A DNA stretch of 64,000 nucleotides from an uncultured Candidatus Saccharibacteria bacterium (GCA_964577595.1 CAZNZK010000002.1:86163-150162); one strand, 5' to 3'; positions 1-9,422 are shown, counted from the first letter of the stretch. A program made the numbers and translations. The notes: a model not told the origin generated them from the sequence alone.

Positions 1-538
1 GCGTTAGTGATAATTTTTGCAGAGCGTCGCTAGAGAGGGCTCGCATGCCACACAAAGTATCGTCAATCCGCACACCAAAAAGAACGCGAATGACACTAGA
101 AAGAAAACGGTTGCCAACGTAGCGAAGCCCCGACATCGCCCCTAACGGTAAGGTTTTGGCAAAGCGGTTACCGAAAACCAAATCATATCCGGCGGCCAAT
201 TTTTCCAGGTAGGCCGGGATTTCCTGCAAACTATAGGTGCCGTCCATATCCGCCATAATAATGGCCGCACCGTGAGCCTGGCGTAAGCCAGCCTGATAGG
301 CGAAGCCGTATCCCCTCCGCGGCTCCCGAACCAGGCGAAGTTCAGGGAATATTCGGGCAAAACCGATCACTAATTCAGCAGAACGGTCGGTGGAAGCGTT
401 GTCCACCACAATGACTTCAGCTGAAAGTTTGTGAAGCTTGATGACCCGCAACATTTCTTCCAAGCAATACACCACCGACTGCTCTTCGTTGAGGCAAGGG
501 AAAATAATACTGATATCCGGGCGTTTACCTTCCTGCAT
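1..538 (-). CDS. Family 2 glycosyltransferase (dolichyl-phosphate-mannose-synthase-like), partial; the 3' end runs off the window edge
   Basis: Manual translation of the minus strand from the ATG at 536-538 gives MQEGKRPDISIIFPCLNEEQSVVYCLEEML...VVDNASTDRSAEL...GYGFAYQAGL...IIMADMDG. This is the GT2 motif pattern, and there is no stop before position 1. It is absent from the ORF track because it is open at the edge. Confidence 0.7.
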   Translation of the reverse strand, partial: MQEGKRPDISIIFPCLNEEQSVVYCLEEMLRVIKLHKLSAEVIVVDNASTDRSAELVIGFARIFPELRLVREPRRGYGFAYQAGLRQAHGAAIIMADMDGTYSLQEIPAYLEKLAAGYDLVFGNRFAKTLPLGAMSGLRYVGNRFLSSVIRVLFGVRIDDTLCGMRALSSDALQKLSLT

Positions 539-560
539 AATAGTGGTAAGAATACCACAT

Positions 561-1475
561 ATGCCCGAACTGCCAGAAGTCCAAACGACCGTTGACGGCC
601 TCAATGCCGAAGTGAAAGGCCTCCGCATTACTGCCGTGTGGACCGACTATTTCAGTGCCTTTCATGCTGGCAAGGAAAATATAAAGAATCCAAAATATTT
701 CGCGCGCTTTAAAAAAGAAATCATTGACGCGAAAATCACCGAAGCTGAACGTCAGGGAAAAAACGTGCTCATCCATCTCGGAAATAGCCGCACTATTCTT
801 ATTCATATGAAAATGACCGGACACCTCATGGCTGGCCACTATATTTTTAACGCGAACGAAAAAACCTGGAAACCACGGGCCGCAAAAGGCCCCCTTTTGG
901 ATCCCTTCAACAAATTCATCCACCTTGTGTTCTCCCTCTCCGACAAGCGCCAACTCGTTTTCTCCGACCTCCGCAAATTCGCCAAGATTTTTCTTTTTGA
1001 AACGGCAGATCGCCACATAATTGAAGATTTAATGCACCTCGGCCCCGACCCACTCACCAAAGAATTTACCTTTGCAAAAATGCGAGAACGCCTCGCTCTG
1101 CGCCCTACCGGCAAAATCAAGCAGATTCTCATGGACCAAAAGATAATTTCCGGCATCGGTAATATTTACTCCGACGAAATGCTCTGGAGGGCTGGCATCC
1201 ACCCCCTCTCAGTCGCGGGCAAAATTCCTCTACCCCAACTAAAACGGCTCTACAAAGCGATGAGTGGGGTCCTGCGCAAAGGCATTGATTTCGGTGGCGA
1301 CTCCGACAGTGACTATCGCAACATCTACGGCGAGCGTGGCCAATTTCAGCACAAGCATAATGCCTACCGCCGCACCGGCCTACCATGTCCCAAGAAAGAT
1401 AGTGGCACCATTGCCCGCCTAATGGTCGGCGGCCGAAGCTCGCACTTTTGCGATAAACATCAGCGATGTTACTAA
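561..1475 (+). CDS. fpg: Formamidopyrimidine-DNA glycosylase (Fpg/MutM)
   Basis: N-terminus MPELPEVQTTVDGL (catalytic Pro2), C-terminal zinc finger CPKKDSG...CDKHQ. The start was chosen at the internal Met of ORF 438..1475. Confidence 0.9.
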   Translation: MPELPEVQTTVDGLNAEVKGLRITAVWTDYFSAFHAGKENIKNPKYFARFKKEIIDAKITEAERQGKNVLIHLGNSRTILIHMKMTGHLMAGHYIFNANEKTWKPRAAKGPLLDPFNKFIHLVFSLSDKRQLVFSDLRKFAKIFLFETADRHIIEDLMHLGPDPLTKEFTFAKMRERLALRPTGKIKQILMDQKIISGIGNIYSDEMLWRAGIHPLSVAGKIPLPQLKRLYKAMSGVLRKGIDFGGDSDSDYRNIYGERGQFQHKHNAYRRTGLPCPKKDSGTIARLMVGGRSSHFCDKHQRCY

Positions 1476-2200
1476 TGTGCTGTTTCTTTATAGTCTTCCA
1501 AAATCTTAGAAATGGGTACCCAATTGGTAACAAAAATTTTATAAAGACGGCGGTACGGTGGTGCTTCAAGCTGATAAGGTCCGTCATCAGTATTCTCCGT
1601 CCTGAAATCAATATATTTATAGGTACTAACCTCTGCCTGTACACAATCTCCCCGACGACGAATACTTCCACTTACTCCAGGCCCATCCCCCGTTTCTAAG
1701 TCAAGAGTTTGTATTTCAATTCCATTCGTAATCACTGAATAATTCCAACCCGCACTACTTAGATCAAAAGGAATTTGTACTCCTTCGGAGGAACTTGCCG
1801 TTACGACCTCCCACGCTGTTCCAGTTGCGGAGATATCTGAGGAAGGAATATAATTGTTAGGAGGATGCACAAAAAATATCCGATCTGGTAAAAAAGAGCT
1901 AATATCGGAAGGTGAGAGTGCAACCCAGTGTAAGGCGGCTGACGTCGCCATATTGGTTATATCCGAAAGTTGAGCACGAGTAGAGTCGCCACAAGTAGTA
2001 CTTAAGGTGGTCGTGGTTGTCGCACTAACAGATGGTGAAATTACCCTTTTATGGATTGGCGGTGGCGTAGAATTGTTAATGAGATTTTGCGTGAAATTCT
2101 GTTGGGTATAGAGATAGTATCCACCGCCTACCACGATGACAGTAAGAATGATAAAAAGTACCGGAAGAATAAAACCAGATTGAGTATTATTTTTCACCAT
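1472..2200 (-). CDS. Hypothetical membrane-anchored protein (N-terminal TM helix, Thr/Ser-rich)
   Basis: 242-aa ORF with a hydrophobic N-terminal segment (ILPVLFIILTVIVVGGGYYLY). It overlaps the fpg stop by 4 nt in convergent orientation. No recognisable family. Confidence 0.45.
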   Translation of the reverse strand: MVKNNTQSGFILPVLFIILTVIVVGGGYYLYTQQNFTQNLINNSTPPPIHKRVISPSVSATTTTTLSTTCGDSTRAQLSDITNMATSAALHWVALSPSDISSFLPDRIFFVHPPNNYIPSSDISATGTAWEVVTASSSEGVQIPFDLSSAGWNYSVITNGIEIQTLDLETGDGPGVSGSIRRRGDCVQAEVSTYKYIDFRTENTDDGPYQLEAPPYRRLYKIFVTNWVPISKILEDYKETAH

Positions 2201-2222
2201 TAGATGGTTGGATTATATCAGA

Positions 2223-2699
2223 TTACACATCCAGCATTCGAAAAAGAGCGATTCCTAAAGCCACAGAAACATTGAGTGACTCTTTCGCGCCGAGCATAGG
2301 AATTTCGGCGACAATATCACACATTTTAAGAATCTCCCGAGGCAAGCCATCTACTTCATTACCTACCACAAAAAGCGTTGGCCCGCTTATAGAAACCTTC
2401 TTATAATCCAGGGCTTTTTTGTCCTGCTCTATGGCAATTATCTGATCGCCTTTTCCCTTACACTCCCTGAGAAAACTCTCAACCCGCGAAACGTGTTGCC
2501 ATTTCAAGGTTTTTTCGGCGCCGAGCGCAGTTTTAACGATTTCTTTAACCGGTCGGCCAAAACGGTCAACAGGCCGGGGTGTTGTGCCACTCAAAAAGAT
2601 CTTCACAACGCCAGCCGCGTCGGCCGTGCGAAACATCGCGCCAACATTATGAGCACTGCGAATGTCGTGCAGTAAAATAGAAACCGTAGGTCTTTTCAC
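2223..2699 (-). CDS. SpoU/TrmH-family RNA 2'-O-methyltransferase
   Basis: SPOUT motifs HNVGAMFRTADAAG, VVGNEVDGL and IPMLG...SLNVSVALGIALF. Confidence 0.85.
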   Translation of the reverse strand: MKRPTVSILLHDIRSAHNVGAMFRTADAAGVVKIFLSGTTPRPVDRFGRPVKEIVKTALGAEKTLKWQHVSRVESFLRECKGKGDQIIAIEQDKKALDYKKVSISGPTLFVVGNEVDGLPREILKMCDIVAEIPMLGAKESLNVSVALGIALFRMLDV

Positions 2700-2784
2700 T
2701 GCCCCATCCTACCCTGCCGTGGACTTTTTGCAATTTTCTGGTATTATTTTTGACACGCCAGTTAGTTTTAAAAATGGCTACATC

Positions 2785-2857
2785 GCGCCCATAGCTCAGG
2801 TGGTAGAGCACCTGCCTTTTAAGCAGAGGGTCGCAGGTTCGAGTCCTGCTGGGCGCA
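2785..2857 (+). tRNA. tRNA-Lys (anticodon TTT)
   Basis: Cloverleaf folded by hand. Acceptor gcgccca/tgggcgc, anticodon loop cttttaa, T-arm gcagg-ttcgagt-cctgc. No encoded CCA. Confidence 0.85.
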
Positions 2858-2950
2858 CTTTACAGGACGTAGAAAAAATTTGCCATTTGGCCATTTTTGA
2901 GTAGGATAGCTACAGAGTTCCTGATCTTTCCCTTACTTAAGGAGTTAGCG

Positions 2951-3988
2951 ATGACTATCGCCGCCGAAGAACCAGTTGTGCTGCGGGTGCCGGATTTCCT
3001 TAATCCGACCCAGCAGTTGACCATGCCACTCGTAGAAGTGACTGATTCCAACGCCAACCCCTACGCCGCCCGGCCGAACTTGCACGTACGCATCTTTGCC
3101 CAAACCTCGCCGCCACAGAGCATTAAGTTGTTGCCGGCGCTGGAGTGCCTTTCCCGGGCACATGGACAAGGCCTGCTGTTGAACGTCAACACTCTCGTGG
3201 TGCCCACTTCGGGCAATTACGGCATCGCCGTGGCCACGCTTGCGCCGTATTTTGGCATCAAGCATATTGTGGCGATCGTGCCCAACGATATCGCCCCAGG
3301 CAAGCTCAGTCACCTTGAATTGCTCGGCGTCCACTGCATGAAGCCCAACAGGGCACGAGGTGAAACGAGCTCAAGCTTGGCAATAGTCCAGGCCAAGAAG
3401 CCCGACCACTTGCTGTTCGACCAGTACACCGACCCCGGCAACCAAGCCTCGTTCAAGAAATGGCTCGCGCCGAGCATGTGGTACAAAACCGACCACAAAC
3501 TTACCGTTTTTTGCGCCGCCATGGGAAGTTGCGGCACCATTCGCGGCTGCTACGAATACTTCCAAGAATTAACCAGGCCTGTGACGGTCATCGGCGGGGT
3601 GTGCGACTTCAACGACGATGTCCCTGGAGCGCGAAGCGAGCGCCGCTTGAAACAAATCGGCTTCGACTGCAGCAAAGCCCCCTTCCGCTTGGAAGGCGAC
3701 ATTTCGGCCTTGGCGTCGTACAGCACCAGCAAGCTTCTGTGTCAAAGCGGCCTCGTCGCCGGCCCCAGCTCGGGCTTAGCGCACTTCGCACTCTTACGGT
3801 TTCTTAACCGCCATGAACGCGAGGGCACCCTAAACCAATTCCGGAATGACGATGGCGATGTGGTGTGCGCTTTCGTTTGTGCCGATGACCCTCGGTACTA
3901 CACCGACAAATACAGCACACACCTCCCCGACAATGTCGCCCTCTCGTTTATGCAGCTTATGGAAGCGCCGGGCGACTGGTCAATCTAA
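2951..3988 (+). CDS. PLP-dependent enzyme of the cysteine synthase / Trp-synthase-beta fold (fold type II)
   Basis: Motifs SPPQSIK (PLP-lysine region), TSGNYGIAVA and AAMGSCGTIRG (glycine loop). The start was moved to the ATG at 2951, which is preceded by aaggag. Confidence 0.7.
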   Translation: MTIAAEEPVVLRVPDFLNPTQQLTMPLVEVTDSNANPYAARPNLHVRIFAQTSPPQSIKLLPALECLSRAHGQGLLLNVNTLVVPTSGNYGIAVATLAPYFGIKHIVAIVPNDIAPGKLSHLELLGVHCMKPNRARGETSSSLAIVQAKKPDHLLFDQYTDPGNQASFKKWLAPSMWYKTDHKLTVFCAAMGSCGTIRGCYEYFQELTRPVTVIGGVCDFNDDVPGARSERRLKQIGFDCSKAPFRLEGDISALASYSTSKLLCQSGLVAGPSSGLAHFALLRFLNRHEREGTLNQFRNDDGDVVCAFVCADDPRYYTDKYSTHLPDNVALSFMQLMEAPGDWSI

Positions 3989-4012
3989 CCGAAAGTTCTT
4001 TACAAAGGAAAA

Positions 4013-4049
4013 TAAAAGCGCGGCCCTCGCAGGTCGCGCTTTTTTCTTT
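4013..4049. terminator. Bidirectional rho-independent terminator between the convergent PLP-enzyme and panD genes
   Basis: Stem aaagcgcg/cgcgcttt with loop gccctcgcaggt, followed by ttttttcttt on the plus strand and a T-run on the minus strand. Confidence 0.5.
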
Positions 4050-4062
4050 GCCCGATTTTCGC

Positions 4063-4479
4063 TTACGATGCCTCCAGGTCCTCTGTTACCACAAACATTT
4101 CGTGGAACAGATCGGCGAGATTATTTGACTTAACGTCGATGATTTTATTCTTGTCATCAACAAACACGACGTTGGCCGCGAGATTTTCATATTCGCCACC
4201 ACTGACCCACGCCTCGGCAAGAATAATGACAACATCACCCTTCTGGAAATGATGGGCCGGCGGCTTGCCGTTGAGGCAAATCTGGCCTTCTTTGCCGAGC
4301 ATGGCATAGGTTTGCCAAGTATCGCCATTACGACAGTTATTGATGATAAGCATCTGACACGGCCTGATGCCGGCAGCTTTCATAATGAGCGGGCAAATAC
4401 TGATGGATCCTTTGTATCCAGGATTCGCCTCGGTAACCGTAGCGTTGTGGATTTTGGCCATGCAAACACGAATATTCAT
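4063..4479 (-). CDS. panD: Aspartate 1-decarboxylase (pyruvoyl-dependent)
   Basis: MNIRVCMAKIHNATVTEANPGYKGSISI matches the PanD N-terminus pattern K-hR-TVT...Y-GS (the self-cleavage Gly-Ser site). The start was set at the internal Met aligned to PanD. Confidence 0.8.
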   Translation of the reverse strand: MNIRVCMAKIHNATVTEANPGYKGSISICPLIMKAAGIRPCQMLIINNCRNGDTWQTYAMLGKEGQICLNGKPPAHHFQKGDVVIILAEAWVSGGEYENLAANVVFVDDKNKIIDVKSNNLADLFHEMFVVTEDLEAS

Positions 4480-4569
4480 GGGAATTCCCTTGAAAAAGAA
4501 CAAATGTAACAGACACAGACTGGCACCAAACTACCAGATTTGACAAAATTAGGCAAATTATGTTGAGTT

Positions 4570-5610
4570 TTATTTCGCCGCTTTCCGCACAATACAAAAC
4601 GGGGTCATTTCATCGCTCTGGCCGAGCGGATTATCGCGGAAGAGCTTGCCGATGAATTCCTCGGAAATTTTTCCGGTAGATTTTCCCAAGGAGAAAGCAC
4701 CTCGGTAATTGGCGTCTAGAATAACCGTTTCGCAACCAAGTGCCTCTTGGAAGCGGCGAGCTTCGGCACTTGGCTTATTGGGCGCCAGCTTAGCTGAATG
4801 AGCGTATTCTAAAATAAGAAACGACATTGGGCAGTCGATACTCTTCGCGCGCTTGCCGCAAATTCTGTAAAACATACCGCGAATACCAAACGGCTTCGTT
4901 AGCGCGGAAACTGCGGCCGCAAAAAGAATGCGCGGATAGCCCGTTTCCTCAAGAAAAAGTTGCATGGCCAGAGCCGTACCATGCCCGAAACCATGAAATT
5001 CACTTGAACCATAGTAGTTCCCTACCTTACGAGCCAGGAAGCGCGCTAGCGGTGTTGGCTTAATGGTACCCATATCTACCACGCGCCCTTGAGCTACCGT
5101 CAAAACTTTTTCGCTAATAAAAAGCATGTCGCCCGGTTGTAAATATGGTTGCACGTATTCTTTAAGCACGGAGAGTAAATCGGTATCGTGCAAGGTAATG
5201 GTGCGTGTACGCACGGGCGAGCGTTGGTAAGTTACGCCATCAACGTCAATGACAATTTTTTTACCGGGATTGGCGATGAATTCCGCGGATGGGCGGCGCA
5301 CTGCGGCAATGGGTGCCTCAAACGTAACTTTTTCGCCACGAAAAAGCGCAATGAGTTTTTCAACCGCCGTGCGGATTTGGGTTCGGTCTTGTTTTAGTGC
5401 TGCCCTTGAACGCAACAATTCGGTCACCTCCGTATACAGAATATGCGCCTCGTCAATTCGCTCATTAACAAAAGAAACTTCACTGACAGTTTTGTTATTT
5501 TCAGATAATGCCTTTAAAATGACTGACCCATCTGTTTGTGGTGAATATAAAACACTCAGGCCTGTAGCAGATTTCATGTCTGCGTACGTTAGCGGTTTTT
5601 CTAGCATCAT
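4570..5610 (-). CDS. CofE-like (F420-0:gamma-glutamyl ligase family) protein with an N-terminal extension
   Basis: FISEKVLTVAQGR resembles the CofE VISKAEGR motif; ILDANYRGAF resembles ITDTNGRCFR; C-terminal P..CIVRKA resembles P.VVVRG. Family assignment comes from motif memory only. Confidence 0.5.
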   Translation of the reverse strand: MMLEKPLTYADMKSATGLSVLYSPQTDGSVILKALSENNKTVSEVSFVNERIDEAHILYTEVTELLRSRAALKQDRTQIRTAVEKLIALFRGEKVTFEAPIAAVRRPSAEFIANPGKKIVIDVDGVTYQRSPVRTRTITLHDTDLLSVLKEYVQPYLQPGDMLFISEKVLTVAQGRVVDMGTIKPTPLARFLARKVGNYYGSSEFHGFGHGTALAMQLFLEETGYPRILFAAAVSALTKPFGIRGMFYRICGKRAKSIDCPMSFLILEYAHSAKLAPNKPSAEARRFQEALGCETVILDANYRGAFSLGKSTGKISEEFIGKLFRDNPLGQSDEMTPFCIVRKAAK

Positions 5611-5661
5611 TTTACTTTACCAAAAAAAACCCTATAATCAAAGCGTATTCTGGAAAATTAC

Positions 5662-5733
5662 GCTCCTATAGTTTAACGGATAGAACGCTGGCCTCCGAAG
5701 CTGGTGATGCAGGTTCGATTCCTGCTGGGAGCA
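5662..5733 (+). tRNA. tRNA-Arg (anticodon CCG)
   Basis: Acceptor gctccta/tgggagc, anticodon stem ctggc/gctgg (two G-U pairs), loop ctccgaa, T-arm gcagg-ttcgatt-cctgc. Confidence 0.8.
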
Positions 5734-5795
5734 CACTAAAGGGTACTGCTTAGAAGTTTTAAGCGACCGCGTTTTTAATTCAGCTTCCCGACGAA

Positions 5796-7292
5796 CTACT
5801 CCGCGACGACGCGATGTTCGTGAGTAATGGCGTGTTTCGGCACTCGTATGAGGAGGGCGGCAAAAGCGCCGAGAATAATGACCGTGCCGGCAATTTCAAA
5901 TACTGAAGCGTAACCGGCAACTTGGGCTTTCAAAATAATAAGGCTGGCGAACTGCGCCCTGGCAAGCGGGCCTGTCGCGTTAAGAATGCTCTGCCGCGCG
6001 ATGCGAAGAACATTGGAGTTTATGTTGTTATTAAGAACAGTGCTGAAAATTGCCACGCCGAAAGCGCCGGAAATATTGCGGACAAGAGCAAGCACGGCCG
6101 AAGCTTCACCAATGTCATCCTTCGGCACGGCAACAGCCACGAGATTAGTGCGCTGGGCCATACCGAAGCCAAGGCCAAAAGAAAGCACGCAGAGCGGAAT
6201 GATTATGTCCAACGCGGTTGATCGCGGGTCAATGTGCGAGAGTAAAAACATGCCTATGCCGGCCATAACCGTGCTGGCAAAAATAACATAGGAAGGCTTT
6301 ACTCTACCGATAAGCAGACCACCTAGCGGCGAAGCGGCCATAAGGGCCACTGCCAGCGGAATAAAAAGGTAGCCGGTTTGGGTGGCGTTGTAGCCAAGAA
6401 ACGTTTCGGCAAAAATAGGAATGAGAAAGATCGCGCCAATAAGCGCCATGAAGACGATAAAGTTGTTGATGAGAGTACTCACAAACGTGCCGATTTTGAA
6501 AAAATCCAAATTAATAATCGGTTCAGCTTGATCTTTTTCCACAAAATAGAAAGCGATGGAGAAAATGATAACGATTGCATACCAAAAAGTACTCGCCAGC
6601 GAAAGCCAACCCCAACTCTGGCCCTGATCCAGCACAAGCGTGAGCGCAAAAAGAGCTGCCCCAAGCGTTATGGAACCCCACCAATCAAAACGTACACTGC
6701 GCTTCTCGCCAACCGACTCATTGATGTATTTAAGCGCAAGGAAAAGACCAATAATGCCAAAGGGAATATTAATGATGAATACGGAACGCCAATTAAAACT
6801 ATCAATGAGCGGGCCGCCGATTAATGGGCCAAAAACGGAAGCCACAGCAAACGCGCCCGACCATATGCCGAGAGCTTGAGCACGCTCCTTACCATTTGTA
6901 AAAGTGACCGCAAGAATGGCCATGGCTGTGGGATAGTCGGCCGAAACAGCGAAACCTTGGATAACGCGAAAAACGATCATGGACGAAAGATTCCAAGCAA
7001 TAGCACAGAGCCCTGAAGCGACAATAAAGCCGATGAAGCCGATGAGATAAATGCGCTTGCGGCCAGCAGTATCGCCGAGCTTGCCCCAGACCGGCACAAA
7101 AACCGCATTCGCCAGAATATAGGCGGTGGAAATCCAGGCGGCATTACTGACACTCACGTTGAAATCGCCGATTATTTTTGGCAGAGCCAAATTGACCACG
7201 GTTTGATCTAAACGCCCCAGAAACGTGCCGAAAATAACCGTGACGAGAACTATCCAGCGAAGGCTGTTATTTTGTACTACTGGTATATCCAT
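5796..7292 (-). CDS. MFS transporter, DHA2 (EmrB/QacA-like) drug efflux family
   Basis: 498 aa with about 14 predicted TM helices. N-terminal GRLDQTVVNLALP and G.LGD..GRKR motifs. Confidence 0.85.
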   Translation of the reverse strand: MDIPVVQNNSLRWIVLVTVIFGTFLGRLDQTVVNLALPKIIGDFNVSVSNAAWISTAYILANAVFVPVWGKLGDTAGRKRIYLIGFIGFIVASGLCAIAWNLSSMIVFRVIQGFAVSADYPTAMAILAVTFTNGKERAQALGIWSGAFAVASVFGPLIGGPLIDSFNWRSVFIINIPFGIIGLFLALKYINESVGEKRSVRFDWWGSITLGAALFALTLVLDQGQSWGWLSLASTFWYAIVIIFSIAFYFVEKDQAEPIINLDFFKIGTFVSTLINNFIVFMALIGAIFLIPIFAETFLGYNATQTGYLFIPLAVALMAASPLGGLLIGRVKPSYVIFASTVMAGIGMFLLSHIDPRSTALDIIIPLCVLSFGLGFGMAQRTNLVAVAVPKDDIGEASAVLALVRNISGAFGVAIFSTVLNNNINSNVLRIARQSILNATGPLARAQFASLIILKAQVAGYASVFEIAGTVIILGAFAALLIRVPKHAITHEHRVVAE

Positions 7293-7933
7293 ACTTTCGC
7301 GGACATACCATTCTTCAATTCAGGATATTGATCGGGGTTGAAACGCACCTTTACGTCAAAATCCTGCTCTTCACGCTGGTCGGAAATATTAAAAACAATG
7401 TCGCTTTGGTGGGAAGTAGCGCTTACTTCGTCAATCACACCAACGTACTTTTTAGAACCGAAGGCATCAACAGTAAACACAACCCTATCCCCCACGTGAA
7501 TACGACTTAAGCCCTTATCCTCCTCAACTTGCGCGTCAACACGCAACTGAGTAGGGTCAATCACCGTAAGCACGGCCTGGCTAGGGGTGAAGAGTGCTCC
7601 AATATCGTTGTTTTCAGAAATAACAATAGAATTTACTGTTGTTTTAATGAGCTGATTTCCAACCTGGGCCACAGCATCGTTAGCTTTTACATAATCACCG
7701 TTATTCACGTATATGGCCTGTAAAGAGCCCGCAGTGGCTGGCGCCAAAGAAATCACTGGCGCGCTAATAACGGCACTGTCGGTGTAAACGCGGGAGTTGG
7801 AGATTCTTACATACAGAAACAGACTGGCCGCGCCTATGAGCGCAATTGAAAATACGATACCCCAAAACGTCCGGTTTTTAAGGAGACTTGCGATTCTTGA
7901 TTTTTTCTGAGGTTGATTGTTTTCTGGAGGCAT
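7277..7933 (-). CDS. HlyD-family membrane fusion protein (EmrA-like)
   Basis: N-terminal TM anchor, then a biotinyl/lipoyl-like beta region (AVISAPVISLAP...AIYVNNGDYVKANDAV). It overlaps the MFS gene start by 16 nt. Confidence 0.65.
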   Translation of the reverse strand: MPPENNQPQKKSRIASLLKNRTFWGIVFSIALIGAASLFLYVRISNSRVYTDSAVISAPVISLAPATAGSLQAIYVNNGDYVKANDAVAQVGNQLIKTTVNSIVISENNDIGALFTPSQAVLTVIDPTQLRVDAQVEEDKGLSRIHVGDRVVFTVDAFGSKKYVGVIDEVSATSHQSDIVFNISDQREEQDFDVKVRFNPDQYPELKNGMSAKVWIYQ

Positions 7934-7946
7934 ATTTTATTGTGCG

Positions 7947-9422
7947 TTATTGTGTTTGACCGAATGTAATAACCTCTTGGTTGACTGAAAGTCCTCCAGT
8001 AACTTCTACCCAGGTACTCATGCCGCTGGCGTCCACACCACGCGCCCCTGTAGTAATCGGTGTTTTCTTGACTACGCCCGCCGCAAGAACAAGTACCGAG
8101 CTTGCGCCGTTGTCATTAAGAACCGCGCTTTCAGGTACAGCCAGCACATCATCGTTTTCGCCGACTACGATATGTGCCGTGGCGCTCATACCATCTCTGA
8201 TACGCGAATCGGCCTGGTCAAATTGAAGGGTCGCTTTATACATACCCGCGCCGCTTATTACCGTTTGACTCTGATCAACACTTATAACCGTTGCCGGGAA
8301 GATGACGGCACTGCCATAAGCCGGAAGAGTGACATTTGCTTCCTGACCAACGGCAATAGTGGCCACGTCGCTCTCGGAAACATACGCGTCAACTTGATAG
8401 GGGGTATTAGAAATAAGATGAATGATCGGCGACGGCACGGCGGCGGAAATAGCCTCACCGACATTGCCCGTTTGAGCGGTAATGACCCCGTCAACTGGCG
8501 CGACAATATCATTTTGAACGATTTCGGTTTGGACGGCAGCAACACTGGCTTGCGCCTGGGCGATTTTTGCCTGCAGAGCGTCGGTATTTTGAGGCGTAGT
8601 GGTGAGGAGAGTGTTGTTAGTCGCGGTAATCTCGGCAGTAGCTGCCGTAAGAAGCGTCGTAGCCGCATTCATGGTTGCCAAGTCACCAGTGACCGTAGCC
8701 TGCACTGAAGAAGGCGCGAGCTGAGCAAAGGCGGTAACGGCTAATGAAAGGTTATTCATAAACCCCGTAATTGTGGCTATATAATTTTTCGCATCAGAAA
8801 CAAGGGCTTCCGCCGAGGTAGAGCTGGCAGTTTTCAATTCTGCCGCCCAAGCGTTAAGCGCTTTGTGCGACATAACGTCGCCTGTTTCGATTTGAATTTC
8901 CTGGCCCTGTGTTTGTGTAGAAATAAGTAAACCGGGATTACCCAACGATTGCGGATTGGAAAAGAACGTGTCCGAATCGTTTTCAACGGCATTGACGGCT
9001 TTAGTGTAGGCATCGGCCACTGCGGCCACCGCATTCCTTTCCGCATTAGTATAACCAATAGTAACCGAGGTGTTATTGTCCGCCCAATTAGCCTTGGCTC
9101 CGGCAAGTGCGGCTTGAGCAGCCTCCAACTGAACATTCAGACTATTTTGGTTAAGTTCAGCCAAAATCTCCCCCTTCTTAACAGAATCGCCCACAGCCAC
9201 GTTAATGGCGCTAATCTGCCCCGACTGCTGAAATCCCAAATCAACTTCTGTTCCTGCAGTTATCATACCGTCGGCGCTTACTATATGTCGAAGATTTATA
9301 GTATGATCGACAATTGTGCTGTACAAAGACACATCCGGCTTAGGCAACGCAAAAAGAGCGTACGCGATAATCGCACAAGCAATAACCATGGAAGTAGCTA
9401 TAGTGAGAATCTGATTTTTCAT
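7947..9422 (-). CDS. Efflux periplasmic adaptor (HlyD/MFP family) with a long Ala/Thr-rich coiled-coil
   Basis: Signal-anchor, GQISAINVAVGDSVKKGEILAEL lipoyl-like hairpin, Ala-rich coiled-coil, and C-terminal beta-barrel segments (VPESAVL...VLVL). Confidence 0.6.
   Translation of the reverse strand: MKNQILTIATSMVIACAIIAYALFALPKPDVSLYSTIVDHTINLRHIVSADGMITAGTEVDLGFQQSGQISAINVAVGDSVKKGEILAELNQNSLNVQLEAAQAALAGAKANWADNNTSVTIGYTNAERNAVAAVADAYTKAVNAVENDSDTFFSNPQSLGNPGLLISTQTQGQEIQIETGDVMSHKALNAWAAELKTASSTSAEALVSDAKNYIATITGFMNNLSLAVTAFAQLAPSSVQATVTGDLATMNAATTLLTAATAEITATNNTLLTTTPQNTDALQAKIAQAQASVAAVQTEIVQNDIVAPVDGVITAQTGNVGEAISAAVPSPIIHLISNTPYQVDAYVSESDVATIAVGQEANVTLPAYGSAVIFPATVISVDQSQTVISGAGMYKATLQFDQADSRIRDGMSATAHIVVGENDDVLAVPESAVLNDNGASSVLVLAAGVVKKTPITTGARGVDASGMSTWVEVTGGLSVNQEVITFGQTQ

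Noticed and set aside
5188-5671. Plus-strand ORFs (69 and 140 aa) inside the CofE-like gene
   Set aside because: Antisense to a gene with recognisable conserved motifs. No family resemblance.
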